Source: Octopus sinensis (Eukaryota). Taken from it: a DNA stretch of 64,000 nt. Every line of letters begins with the position of its first letter. Position 1 is the first letter of the stretch. The notes below the pieces were generated by a model. The model was not told the origin of the DNA. It did not search any database and saw only the letters and a list, made by a program, of their open reading frames with translations. Shown here in pieces: positions 12,660-25,199 of this stretch. Both the position numbers and the translations under genes were made by a program. The DNA is taken from the NCBI RefSeq assembly GCF_006345805.1, contig NC_043005.1, positions 31,930,001 through 31,994,000 of the forward strand. The letters run 5' to 3'.

Positions 12660-13459
12660 AATCCTACAGTTTCTTTACCCAGATTATATAGAACATGTGT
12701 ACCAATAATCATTGTTGCATCTTGTTATAGTACCATGTGTTTAAATAATAGCCGGGAAAATTTAGAGTTTTCAGGTAAAGAAAAAACCTCTTCTGACACA
12801 CTCTACATGTTCATGTGTAAATATAACAATGAAAATATATAAGAATTCCCTAATTTTCAGCATATGACTTGTTATTATTGTTTCATCTAAATTCCAGTGA
12901 TTGAATTTTATTTCTAAGTTATAACAGAGCCCCTTTTATTATTGGAAGAATTTAAAGAATTTAAACACAAGAAAACATATTTCCATAAATCCTTAACGAA
13001 TTTAAACATAAGAAAACATTTTTCCATAAATTCTTTAAAGTGAACAGTGTATTACAAGAGATTTTAAAATGACTGCAGTTAGAGAATTCCTTGTGGAAGA
13101 CAACTTATTTTTACAGTATCTTGAATTCTGGAAACAATAATGCTATTACTTTCAGAGTTTCTAATAAGTCCTCTCACTGGTTCACTGCTTCTTTCAGAGC
13201 AACTTTGACAAAGAAGTGTCTGCTGGAAATAAGCCACACAGTGTTTTCATCTGAATGCTCCAGTTTATCAGTTTTCTCATTGTTGTCTATATCTTTCATT
13301 GATATATGCAGAAAGACACACATACACAGATACATACATACATACATACATACATACATACATACATACATACATACATACATACATACGTACACACATA
13401 TATACATACATACATATGTATGTACGCGCGCATGCGTGTGTGTGTGTGTGACTTCATTC

Positions 13460-14375
13460 ATATAGCTGAATCACTACCAGAACTAAAGAAGAAATTCCAG
13501 GTGTGGAAGCAAGGTCTAGAATCAAAGGGCCTTAAAGTTAATTTAGCAAAAACCAAAGTTTTAATAAGTAGGAAAGAGGACAAATCACAGATCTCTTCAG
13601 GTAGATAGCCCTGCTCGATATATGGAAAAGGTGTAGGTAGAAACTCTATAAGATGTACCTGGTGCAAGCTATAGACACACAAGTGGTGCAACAACATCAG
13701 AGGAAGGTTAACAGGTACAATAAACACTAGAAATGTACAAAAAATAGACTCCATCAAATGCCAGTGGGGATATCCCGAAGTAGTTCATAGCTTCCATTAT
13801 ATAGGTGACCAAGTCAGCAGCAGAGGTGGATGCTCAGAGTAAAAGGTAGATTGTACAATGTCTGTGTGCAAACAGCCATGTTACATGACAGTGAAACATG
13901 GGCTGTGACTGCTGAGGATATGCGTAGCCTTGAAAGAAATGAAGCTAGTATGCTTTGCTGGATGTGCATTGTCAGTGTGCATGTATGACAATGTGAGTGT
14001 CTTGAGAGAAAAGTTGGGCATAAGAGGCATCAGATGTGGCGTGCAAGAGAGACGACTGTGCTGAGTATGGCCATGTGATACCTATGGGTGATGACAGCTG
14101 TGTAAAGAAATGCCAATCTCTAACTGGGGAAGGAACCTGTGGAAGAAGTAGACCCAGGAAGATATGGAATGAGGTGGTGAAGCATGATCTTTAAATGTTG
14201 GGCTTCACAGAGATGATGACAAGTGACCGAGACCTTTAGTGATATGCTGTGCTTGAACCAAGTGAAATCATAATTGTAGCCAATGCCAGTGTCACTTAAC
14301 TGACACTCATGCTGGTGGCACATAAAAGCACCCATTACACTCTAGGAGTGGTTGGCATAAGGAAGGACTTCCAGT
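13460..14375 (+). mobile_element. Degenerate RTE LINE 3' fragment
   Basis: IAESLPELKKKFQVWKQGLESKGLKVNLAKTK and later motifs match the 6300-7378 copy; many stops. Confidence 0.85.
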
Positions 14376-15224
14376 CATTGAACATGGTGCAGCTCTCCAG
14401 CTTTGGAGACATGGGGGAGCAGATAACCGAGGATGAGGGAAGGTAACTGGGGAAGGGGAAGGTAACTGAGGATGGATGAAGATATCTGAGGAGTAAAAGT
14501 AACTAAGAAAACCAGTGGGCGTAGTATGTGCCCATTCTGTTCTCCAATGATAGAAGACATGATGGGTGCTAGGGTTTGAAGTGTGGGTGGGAGAAGGTTG
14601 ACAGGGCAGAGCCCCTCATGGACATGCATTACCAAGATGACTTTACGATATCGATTCTGTTGTGCAGGGTAGGTCATCTTGAGTAGGGCAAGGTGCCAAA
14701 TACCTTAGTCCTTTGTAAGGCTCAGCGTTTTGAGATCAGCCTTCAATACTTCGTCTCCATGTACCTGGATGTCCTTTTCATTGCCAACCACTTTACAGAA
14801 TATAATTGGGTGCTTTTTATCATAACACCAGCACTAGTGAGGTTGCCTTTGACCCAGTATGACAAAGAGTCTTCAGGACTACATTGTCTCTGTTTGTTCA
14901 GGGCAATGTGACAAATTGAATAGGTAGAAGCAAGTGTGATCACAGAAAAGTAAAAGGGAGAAAGTGTGATGGGGGAAACAGAGTGATTGGGGTGACAGTG
15001 TGGAAGAAGATAGATATATAGGAGCGACACTGTTAGGCGGAGTAACAGAAGAGAAACAATAATGGCAGGGTTATGAGAAGATTCAACACCTGTAGCTGAT
15101 GAAGTATATTGATACATAAATATGTATCCTATTGTCTGAGAGTAAGAAAAGTGTGTATCCTAGTGTGAAAACAGCAAAATGTGTTTCACTCATTTTGTCT
15201 ATATGAAGAATTTTCACCGAGAGT

Positions 15225-16200
15225 TACCACTGGGAAGGCTTTTCCGCATCTGAGTGTACATGAATGTGAAGCTATATCCCCTTCTATTTCATTAAAGGCT
15301 TCGAGTAATATGTCTCTAAATCTCTGTCCATTTGCAGAATCTTTAAGCTTCCAGACCCTTCTCCTCCATGCTGGTCATCTGGGCATCCACTTAGCCCTGA
15401 TCCTGAAGTCACTAACTACCAGCCTATGTTGTGGGGTACATTCTTCTCCTGGGAAGGTTTTGGCATTTATAAGCAACCACCTTTCCCTTTTTCTGGCGAG
15501 GATGTAGTCAATTTGGCTAGTGTGTCTGCCAGAACAGTAGGTGACTAGGTGATTGGCAGGTTTCCTGAAGTTAGTATTGCAAACCATAAGATCCTTTGCA
15601 TCACAGAACTCCAGCAGCCTGGTTCCTTCCTCATTGCAGGAACCAAAACCGTAGCCTCCATGTGCGCCATGGAAGCCCCCTGTCTGTTGTCCAACATGTC
15701 CATTGAAGTCACCAGCCACAAAGAGAAGGTCCCTGTCATTCGGCAACAAGGTAGTCTGCAAGAGGGTGTCATAAAATCGGTCTTTCTGTCCATCGGGTAG
15801 CCCCAGCTGAGGGGCATAGGCCAAGATAATGGTTGCTAACCCATGATGAAGCACTAATCTAATCTTAAGTATTCTGTCACATACTCTGACTATCTCGATT
15901 ACCTTATCCACCCATTTCTTCACAAGAAGTACACCCACGCCCCCGACCCTGTCAGTGTTCCCTGCCCAGAAAAATCTTGTACCTGCGTTCTTTGCCTGTG
16001 AGGAACCTAGTGGAACCTCCTCTCTACCTTACTTCTTGGAGGCAGCACATATCAACACATCTCCATTCAGGCATCTCAACAATCTCACCAGACCTATCTT
16101 TCAGTGTGCCGACATTGAAAGTGCCAACCCTGAGGTGTGGGAGGTATGAGCCCGTGAGACCCTGGGACGGGGGACAGCAACGTCATGTACCTGAAAAGAA
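15225..16200 (-). mobile_element. RTE LINE 5' fragment (APE endonuclease)
   Basis: ORF 15375-15938: AYAPQ, VAGDFNGHVG, SQIDYIL, HRLVVSD. Confidence 0.88.
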
Positions 16201-17183
16201 AGCTCACATTGGCAAAAATACACCTTTAGTTCATATAAGTAATCTCTATTATTATATATAATTTAAACATTAATTTTCTTTTTATATTTAACATTCACTA
16301 AAAAAATATCCCTCCTCTTTCTATAGGCTACTTCTGACGTTATATCATATAACGTTTTTTCAAACAATATTAATAGCGTTCAGTAAATCACTATACATAT
16401 CCATCATTTTCTGTTAAAATGTCTTATTGATGAGTTTCATTTCTTCACTTCCCTAAAGAGAAGATTACATTGTTTTATTTTGATGAAGAGAACCCGATTT
16501 CATTCGGGTCTACTGGGGCCACATATAGGGGGGGGGGTGCACACTGTAGAAATTAAATTAGAGATCAAACCACTAACAGGGAAATGAAACAGTAAAAAAA
16601 CAAAAACATAAAAATATAATATTAGATATATGTATATATGTGTGTGTGTGTGTGTGTGTTGACAGGTAGACAATAGAATGCGATGGCGATGGGGATGGCG
16701 ATGTAATATTTGTTACTGTCTATGAACGCTGATAGATACATGAGTAAAATGTATAGGAAGGTAAGAAATAAGAGTGAGTGAAAATGTTCTTGGAAGAGAG
16801 TAAATAGCGACAGAGTGATTTGAGGAAGAATTTACATTAAATAACGGTAGTTGCATTGTCAAATGAAGAGGAGTGACAGAGTACTGGAGGAAATAGGGTG
16901 AGGTAGGAAGATGGCCCCTAGCAACCACACCTTTTAAGATAGGGATTTCTAAGGTAGCCCACGCGCATCGTCACCTCATTCTACATGTCCCTGTAAATTT
17001 TGGAGCGAATCGGCATACATACATACATACATACATACATACATACATACATACATACATTTATATAAATATATATATATACACACACATTATGTGTTTG
17101 TGTGTGTGTGTGTATGTATAATATAATATAATATAATATAATGTAATATATTTAATATAATATAATATAATGTATATGTAAAG

Positions 17184-17301
17184 GAAGAACTATGTTGTTA
17201 TGGGAGGAACAGCACAAAAAGGCAACTGGGACACCACTCCAAATGAACAGGACCAAAGACACATATTGGATGGCTGTGCTCGAATTGTGCCAAGTTTGAA
17301 G
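17184..17301 (+). CDS. DAO/DDO: DAO/DDO internal exon (KNYVVMGGTAQKGNWD...CARIVPSLK)
   Basis: gtaaag acceptor, AAG|gtaaat donor, 118 nt (phase 2 to 0). GG-x-x-Q-x-G-N-W and C-x-x-x-x-P-S-L motifs. Confidence 0.9.
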
Positions 17302-17654
17302 GTAAATAGGCTCTTTCTTTCTTCATTTTTATGTTTCAATTTATTTGACCTTTTCAACCCAGACTGTATAGAATATCTCATAAAAAACTGAAACCCTAGA
17401 AAACTAATGGCCTGTATCATCATCATCATTTTATGTCTATTTTCCATGCTAGCTTGGGTTGGGTGGGTTTGCAGAATCCAATGAACCAGAGTTCTGTGTG
17501 AACACTTCAATGTCTACTTTAGCATGGATTCTACAGTTAGCTACCCTTCCTAATGCCAACCACTTTACAGAGTGTAAAGAGTGCTTTTCGTGTAGCACCA
17601 GCACTATGTATCTGTGTCAAAAAAAAAAGGAAGGAAATTTTTTTAAAAAGTAGA

Positions 17655-18032
17655 TTATAATAATAATAATAATAATTATAATAATAATAATAATAATTAT
17701 AATAATAATAAAATGGCAGAAATTCAAAAGATAGTGCTCATGGGAACTGCTCATATCCTATGCAAAATACTTTCTATGTAATCTCAGGGTTTAAAACAAA
17801 CACAATTTTCGTTTTTTTTTATTTTATTTTTTTCTTTCTTTTTTTTTTTTTGGACATTTACTAGTACAACACCAAAACAAAACCAAATATATGGCACACT
17901 TGGCATAACAACAACATGAACTTCCAACCTGTTGTCTCTTGAGGTCTCTGGGTGAGACTTGGAGTCAACTTGTACAAATATAAAGCAAAAGTCAAACATA
18001 CAATGATAATAATAATGATAATAATAATAATA
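17655..18032 (+). mobile_element. 3' end of an R4/Dong-type non-LTR element within (TAA)n
   Basis: MAEIQKIVLMGTAHILCKILSM* resembles the R4-clade C-terminus (compare 33550-33605). TAA repeats flank both sides. Confidence 0.6.
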
Positions 18033-18599
18033 GAATGCATTTCAATGTAACAGAATAAAGATTTTGTTATATTTGGGGATGGTATATTTTTTTTATTTTT
18101 GCCAATTAACCATATGCACTATATATTTGGTCTTCACTTCAGCTTTATTATTATTCTTATTTTAGTGTCCTTTATCTTAAAACTTTTATCACACATTCTG
18201 TAACCTTTTCAGCAATTCTCCATTCCACATGTCTCTTCCTGTTCTACTTAGCCCATTCTGTCTTTCTGTGGTGTGTACCCTTATCTGTACATGCTTTTGC
18301 ATCTGTATCTGTGTGTGTATGTGTGTGTGTGTGTGTGTGCGTGCATGCATATGTGTGCATGTCTATGTATTTAGTATGTGTGCTTTGTATGCATGTATAT
18401 GAGCTTGCTTACTTCACAATTTGTACCCGTATCTTTTATTTAGTTGTCTCTGTTTTTTGCTTTTTTATTCATTTATTTACTTGGTTTTTTTTTCACATTC
18501 CATTTTAAGTATGTGTATGTGTCTTGTGTGTGTGTGTGTATGGCTTTATGTATTATACTGTTTATATCTGTTTCTTTTCTTCTCTCCTTTTGTCTTTAG

Positions 18600-19520
18600 T
18601 CGTCATGTTGCATAGTGTGGTAGAGTGAAGGGGGTGTTGTTATTCCATTCATGTTTCTGTTGAAGCTTGGTCTATCTATTACTATGTGTGTAGTCTCTGT
18701 AATCGGTCTAAGTATTGTGTCTGGTCTATGTGTCGATAATATCTTAATATCTATGTTATTAACTGAGTGTCTATGTTCTAATTGAGCATGTTGGTAGAGC
18801 ACTAACAAGCTTTTCTCTTCCATGAGCTCCCACTAGTGTTCACCTATCCGTTGACCTATACTATGTGCTGTCTCTCTGATGTATGTTGCTGTCCTGTTTC
18901 TGCACCATCCCTCATTACACTGTATACTATAGACTACAATCCTAATCTTACAGTTTACCTGTGGGTTCATCCTACATACTATACATTTGTTATCTGCATA
19001 TGGGGGCCTTTCAGATGGATATGTTCTACAGATAAGGGATTTTATTGGGGTTCTTGGCCTTTCTACTACTTTAATCCATAGATTCATCTTATCTAAGGTT
19101 TTCCTAAAAAGGTATGCTAGGCTGCTACCAGGGGTAGCATCAGTGAGCATGACACACTGTTATTTTTGGTTGTTATACCACAAGCTGGCCTTATTTATCT
19201 TTTTCTTGGTCCCTTCTAAGCTATTCCAGGATTTACACCAATATAACAGGTAGATCCCATTTGCATCGTTCTCTATGATGGCCTTGTTCTTAGCCTTAGC
19301 TCTTTTGTACGCTCTGATTCTGTCCCTTTTGCCTGAAGCCAGAGAATCGCATGCAGTGAATGAAGTATTGTATGTGTCTTTCTAATTCCACAGGGCTACA
19401 CATGCAGGACATATTTTTCATCTCTCTCACTAAGTCCTCTATTAGAATATTGAACTTGATGTTGTCTGCAATAGCTACATCCTTGTGGACCAGATATTTA
19501 GAGGCCATGTGGTTCTTGGA
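18600..19520 (-). mobile_element. Penelope-like element fragment (RT C-terminus and GIY-YIG endonuclease)
   Basis: ORF 18833-19150: CIVC...CKIRIVVYSIQCNEGWC...ATYIRETAHSIGQRIGEH (VVY...YIGET motif). Confidence 0.8.
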
Positions 19521-20094
19521 CGCTGATTTTCATCAAATCTCTGATAATGGTGTTTATTTGTGGTCAGAACAGTTTTCTTTTATTCTTTTACTTGTTTCAG
19601 TCATTTCACTGTGGGCATACTGGAACACCGCCTTTAGTCGAACAAATCGACCCCAAGACTTATTCTTTGTAAGCCTAGCACTTATTCTATTGGTCACTTT
19701 TGCCGAACTGCTAAGTTATGGGGACATGAACACACCATCATCGGTTGTCAAGCGATGGGGTGGGGAAACACAAACACACAAATACATACATATATATATA
19801 TAATTCAATTTAATTAAATCAGTATATAGTTAACATGTTCTTTAACTTCAGTTGCTCCCTTATTAAATACCGGTTAAATCCATTTGATCAATTTCCATAG
19901 AAACCATATAATAAGTTAATATTTAGATAAGTAATAAGTAAATAAATATTAAACTATTTCTTTGCAATTTTCTTTACCTCCCTCTATTGTGGTAAAAATT
20001 TGGTATATACTCAAAATATTCAAAGAAGTTTTATCCCTTTGTTAAAATTTCATTCTTAATAATCTTCTTGATTACCTTAAATTTTAACTTTATA

Positions 20095-20500
20095 ATAAAA
20101 ATAATAATAATAATAATAATAATGAAATTATTGTATACGGTGCTCAGGTGCACCACAACTTGTCAAAAGTGCATATAAAGTATATGCAGTAATGTAGAAA
20201 TGTCTGGAAAGCGAACAGTGTATGCTTGCGTGTGTATGGAGGGGAGAAAATCAGATGTAGTGTTGGCAAATCTCAGGAAGCATGGAAGTTTTGAAGGATG
20301 CAGTGCTCCGACAACTAACAACTGACGCCAGCAGTTTGTTCCAGGCTTCAGTAACTCTTAGCGTGAAAAAATGTTTCCAAAAGTCATAGGAGCTGTGCTG
20401 TTTTCTGACTTTGTAAACATGTCCACGGGTGTTAGACAGATGGAGTTTGAAAAGGTGCTCAGAGTTATTGTTTGTCAGATGGTTAATAATTTTATGGGTG
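20095..20500 (-). mobile_element. CR1-like LINE 3' end
   Basis: Reverse-complement match to the 3' end of the 51720-53080 element (GTGCACCTGAGCAC...(TTA)n tail). Confidence 0.8.
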
Positions 20501-22012
20501 TTTAAGACAATATTATTTGAAATGATCTTTAGAAATTACTTGATTTATCTCTTTCTTAAATGGCTCTACCCTCCTGATCTTAGTATTTATAAGGGTCTTT
20601 ATATAAATTAACCCTTCTAAACAAGTACCACTAAGAAACTATAAATATCGTGTAGGGAGTAACAATAATAACTTCTTAAACTTAAAATATAACCCTTAGT
20701 TTTTAAAAAAAGATTAGAGTAAAATATGAATGTTCCATAACTTAAATATTCCTTTAGCTGATACCAGACATCAGTCTTTTATTGATATTAGCTAAATAAG
20801 TAAATATATAATTTTTAGTCTAATATATTTTGAATTATTATACTTTTTCTATAATTCTTCTCTATTGGTCTTAATAAGCTACATATACTTTACCAGTAGT
20901 TAAGCTATTTTATTCCTTTTCTATGGTGATCTGCCCTACTTGGTTCTTGATTATTTTTATTTCATTTCTTTATTATTTTATAATTAGCCTTTATTTATTT
21001 ATAAAATTAATCTAATTTTTGTATCTCTATAAATTCATACTTAGCTTATATAAAACTATACTGGTATATTCACTACTTATAAAAAAACTGCTTAGATTAT
21101 AATTTAATTAATATATAATTAGCATGTTCTTTTACCTCAATACTCCTTTATTAATTCCAGTATATACCAATTAATCAATATTCACAGACACCATCTGATG
21201 AGTTAGTATTGAAGTGTACAATATGTATAAATATTAAACTATTTCGGGATAATTTCTTTTCCTCCTTCTATTATGGTAAAAGTTTTGGTATATACTCAAA
21301 AGTATTCATGAATTTCTATCCTTTTGTTATAATATTCTTCTTAATAATCCTCCGAATAATCCTAAGCTTTAACTGTATACAATATAGCAACATTGTTTAA
21401 AATATTTAACTATAATACTACAAGATAAGACTTCCCCTGTTTCATTATCAATGGTCTGCTAGTGGGCAACCTGCTTAATTGTCAGCTAACATCTTGTTTT
21501 AAATTTTCTTTTACTAAGCCTCATGATATTGCTTCTAATAAATCTTGATTTTTATGACTATACCAACTATGATTTCTGTCTGCTCCCTCAGCCCTACCCC
21601 TAACAGATACTGCTCTTTGTTCTCTCAGCCTTAGATATATAAGGATTTGATAAACTAGTCTATAAATTAAAACTGACCCCATAAAAACAAAAAAATCACT
21701 GACAGGCAGAGTCTGTAACAATGTGTATCTTCTTGATAACTTAGTAACTTCTATGCTGGAGGGGAAACGGGCAAGTTCTTTGTCTATCTCCTTAACTTCT
21801 TGGAGATTTTAGGTATTATTATACTAATGTGTCCATCAGTTCTAATTCAATTAAATTCTATGTCTTTGTGCAGCTGAGGATTGCTCTGCATTTTAAATTG
21901 ATGTAATGATTGCATCGTTCAATTAAATGGAGTTGCATGAAACAATCATACTACATTACCTCTGGATGTCCTTGTTGCTTATTTTGATATATATATATAT
22001 ATATACATATAT

Positions 22013-23091
22013 ACTGAAGAAGGGGTTTTTTCTTTGTGTTAATTGTCCTGTACTCCATTTTTTTGTTGTTTTTAAAAAAATGCCCAGTTCCTTTGGTTTG
22101 TGTCTATGTTTTCGTTTCTCTTTGTGTTCGACGTCCCTTTGGTGTCCTGTACTCATATATGCGTGTATATGTACATGTAGAGGTAGGTACGTACATATAT
22201 GTTTATATATATGCATATGTTTTATTTCATTTATTAATATATTATATGACTAAACGCATGCACCCCCTTAAGTAAGATTGTTCTGTATATCAAGTTTTGG
22301 TCTTGATATTAACTCTGACGTGCACTCTTCACCTTTCTGTCCCATCCCTATTCTTTGATTTTCTTTTTCCTCTACTTAACTTGTCTCTTCCTCTCTCTCT
22401 CTCATTCTTCATTCTCTCTCTCCCCCTCACCATTCTTCATGGTTTCCTCGCAGCCATTCCCCTTCTTCTCTCCCTTCCTCTTGCTCCTCCTCCTCCCTTC
22501 TCGTCGTCCACCCGCGACGATACTTCCGCTCTGACTGTCTTTCTGGCCTGGCCTTTCAAGGTAACGGACGACATTCTTCCTGCCCCCTGTCGTTCACAAA
22601 AAATTCTGCGTTTGCAATACTTTTTTTTGTTCGGCGTCAACAGCCCTTCTTATCTTGTTTTTCCCTGTCCTGTCTTTTACTGTTTATATTTTTGTACTGT
22701 CGTTACTGTCCTGTTTTTTTACCATTTTTTTACCATTTTTTACCCCTCTGCGAAAAGATCTCAGAATTTTAATTGATTTGCTTTTCGCAGGAAGGAAAGT
22801 TTCTTGTCGAAGATACGTCTCGCTTTTATCCTTCGAAACGTAGAGTAGATGAAACCATAGCGACTGAAGAAGGGGTTTTTTCTTTGTGTTAATTGTCCTG
22901 TACTCCATTTTTTTGTTGTTTTTAAAAAAATGTCCAGTTCCTTTGGTTTGTGTCTATGTTTTCATTTCTCTTTGTGTTCGACGTCCCTTTGGTGTCCTGT
23001 ACTCATATATGCGTGTATATGTACATGTAGAGGTAAGTACGTACATATATGTTTATATATATGCATATGTTTTATTTCATTTATTAATATA
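22013..23091 (+). repeat. Non-coding element with ~229-bp terminal direct repeats (pLTR-like)
   Basis: 22013-22241 matches 22863-23091 with 3 substitutions. Both copies start ACTGAAGAAGGGG. Confidence 0.85.
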
Positions 23092-23714
23092 TATATATAT
23101 ATAATATTAGGGAATAAATTAGTATTCCAACCTTACAGGTAAAATTCAGTATAGTAATATTAGACCGAATTTCATAATATATGATATATGTATATAACTA
23201 ATTTAGTGCCACACAGTGGGACTGAACCTGGAACCATGTGGTTGGTAAGCAAGTTACTTTCCACACACCCATGAGATAGTTTCTGTTACATGACAGAGGA
23301 TATGGACATATAGTTCATACATGGGTAATGAAGTGCAGGAGGAGGAAGAGGAAAAAAACAATGATTGTTCCCTATCCTCTGAGTTTGGTAGATAGAAGAG
23401 AGCCAGTTATCCCAGACTCAACATAATTCTAGGCAACAAAGTGGATTCCACAGGAACTATGATAGAATATCATAAAGTCATGGGTGTAGAGCTTCAGAAT
23501 GGTTAGCAATCTATCTTGTCCACACCTAATTCCATTACTCATTATTAATCATATGTCCCCATAACTTAGCAGTTCGGCAAAAGTGACCAATAGAATAAGT
23601 GCTAGGCTTACAAAGAATAAGTCCTGGGGTCGATTTGTTTGACTAAAGGCGGTGTTCCAGTTTGACAGCAAAGATTATATTGTCATAAATCATTTTTTTT
23701 TCTTTGTCTCTCAG

Positions 23715-23813
23715 GATGCAGAAATTTTAGACACAAAAGTTGGACTGAGACCATTTAGGGAACAAACCCGTCTGGACCAGCAAACTATCACATTTAATGG
23801 TCGGTCTATACAG
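23715..23813 (+). CDS. DAO/DDO: DAO/DDO internal exon (DAEILDTKVGLRPFR...GRSIQ)
   Basis: Long pyrimidine tract with cag acceptor, CAG|gtgagt donor, 99 nt. GLRP motif with the carboxylate-binding Arg. Confidence 0.95.
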
Positions 23814-24265
23814 GTGAGTTCTCTTATCTTTACTACTGTCTCTTCCTTCTACTCCTACTCCTATTCCTTGACTGAATCACTATTTCTTAACCAACTTCAT
23901 CTAGAAGAGAACCACAAGGAAGACTATATTAAGAACTTCTCCATTAAGTTGATATACAGCAAATCAATAAATCACTTTCAGATCTTTCATAAAATACCAA
24001 GGTCATCACTGATTGGTTTAATTGTATCTCTATTAGACTTAATACAGTAATGCCTTGATATACAAGTTAATTCATTGTATATTGCTCTTAAATTGAAAAC
24101 TCATAAAGCAGAGCAATAATTTCTCATAACAGCAATGTTATAAACCATAATTCATTCCCAGAAAAATATTTTACCTATAAAATTTATAATACTCATAAAT
24201 AAATGGCAATAAAACAACAGTAGGATATAAAGAATATTTTATGTAGCATAAAAAGAATGTCAATT

Positions 24266-24462
24266 TCATTTGTAATGAAGAATATTGTTATTATAATTGT
24301 TTTCTGAATCACTTTTATGCGCACTAGACTCACGCACACCATCACTTGTAGACATGATCACCAATTCACTAGCACTCGTTGACAGACTTGTAGATTTCTT
24401 TTTAAAAAACAACTTTAGAGTTATGTGCTTAGAAGAAGCTTTCTTTCGCTCTCTATTTATAC
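24266..24462 (-). CDS. Candidate terminal coding exon of an antisense nested gene
   Basis: ttacag acceptor then INRERKKASSKH...NILHYK*. Unique sequence, no recognised homology. Confidence 0.25.
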
Positions 24463-25073
24463 CTGTAATTACTGGGGTACTGGAATATATAACACACTGC
24501 CTAAATACCAGTATTGAGAAATTAGGCTTCTTAAAACCAAAAAGGAGAAAGCTGGTTCGAAGACTACAGATCCAAACCTTCACTGGAACTATAAAAATCT
24601 GTAAAACTTTCCAGAGGTTTATCATTTAAGTATATATGAGCATGTCTATGTTCATGAGAATACATACATAAAACAAAACTTACAAATCTACACATATACA
24701 TACATACATACATACATACATGCATGCATGCATGCATGCATGCATACATACATACATACATACATGCATACATACATACATACATACATACATACATACA
24801 TACATACATACATAGTTCAAATTTATAGAAAAACAAAGATGAAGACAGATGTAGGAACTAAAAGCAAGTGTATTAGTTTGACACTTGGGAAAAATGGAAT
24901 AGTCTTTTATGTTTCAAGTCTATACTCTTCAACAGAAAGGAATAAGAGGAAATAGAGAGAGAATGAAAAGAAAATATATTGAGTTCACTGGTCCAACATG
25001 GTGAATCCATACATGGATACATACATACAAACATGCATACATACATGCATGCATACATACATACATACATACA

Positions 25074-25107
<34 letters not shown>

Positions 25108-25199
25108 CATACATACATACCCTGTTGATGTAGTTGAAATTCCAATGAAGAAGCTGTGGATCTAGGTTAGAAACCGGCTCTTTATTGGCATGAAATCTT

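Noticed and set aside
13110-13235. Minus-strand possible terminal exon QTLLCQSCSERSSEP...DTVK*
   Set aside because: Short, no homology, only a modest acceptor.
15090-15180. CTGATGA motifs here and at ~21195, 29288, 42200 and 47255
   Set aside because: No matching helix II/GAAA/UH arrangement.
18170-18215. Minus-strand hammerhead-like remnant near the Penelope fragment (also 55425-55465)
   Set aside because: Core boxes are mutated (CTGAAAA, TAAA); at most dead relics.
22297-22776. 159-aa Leu/Phe-rich ORF in the direct-repeat element
   Set aside because: Arises from pyrimidine-rich low-complexity sequence.
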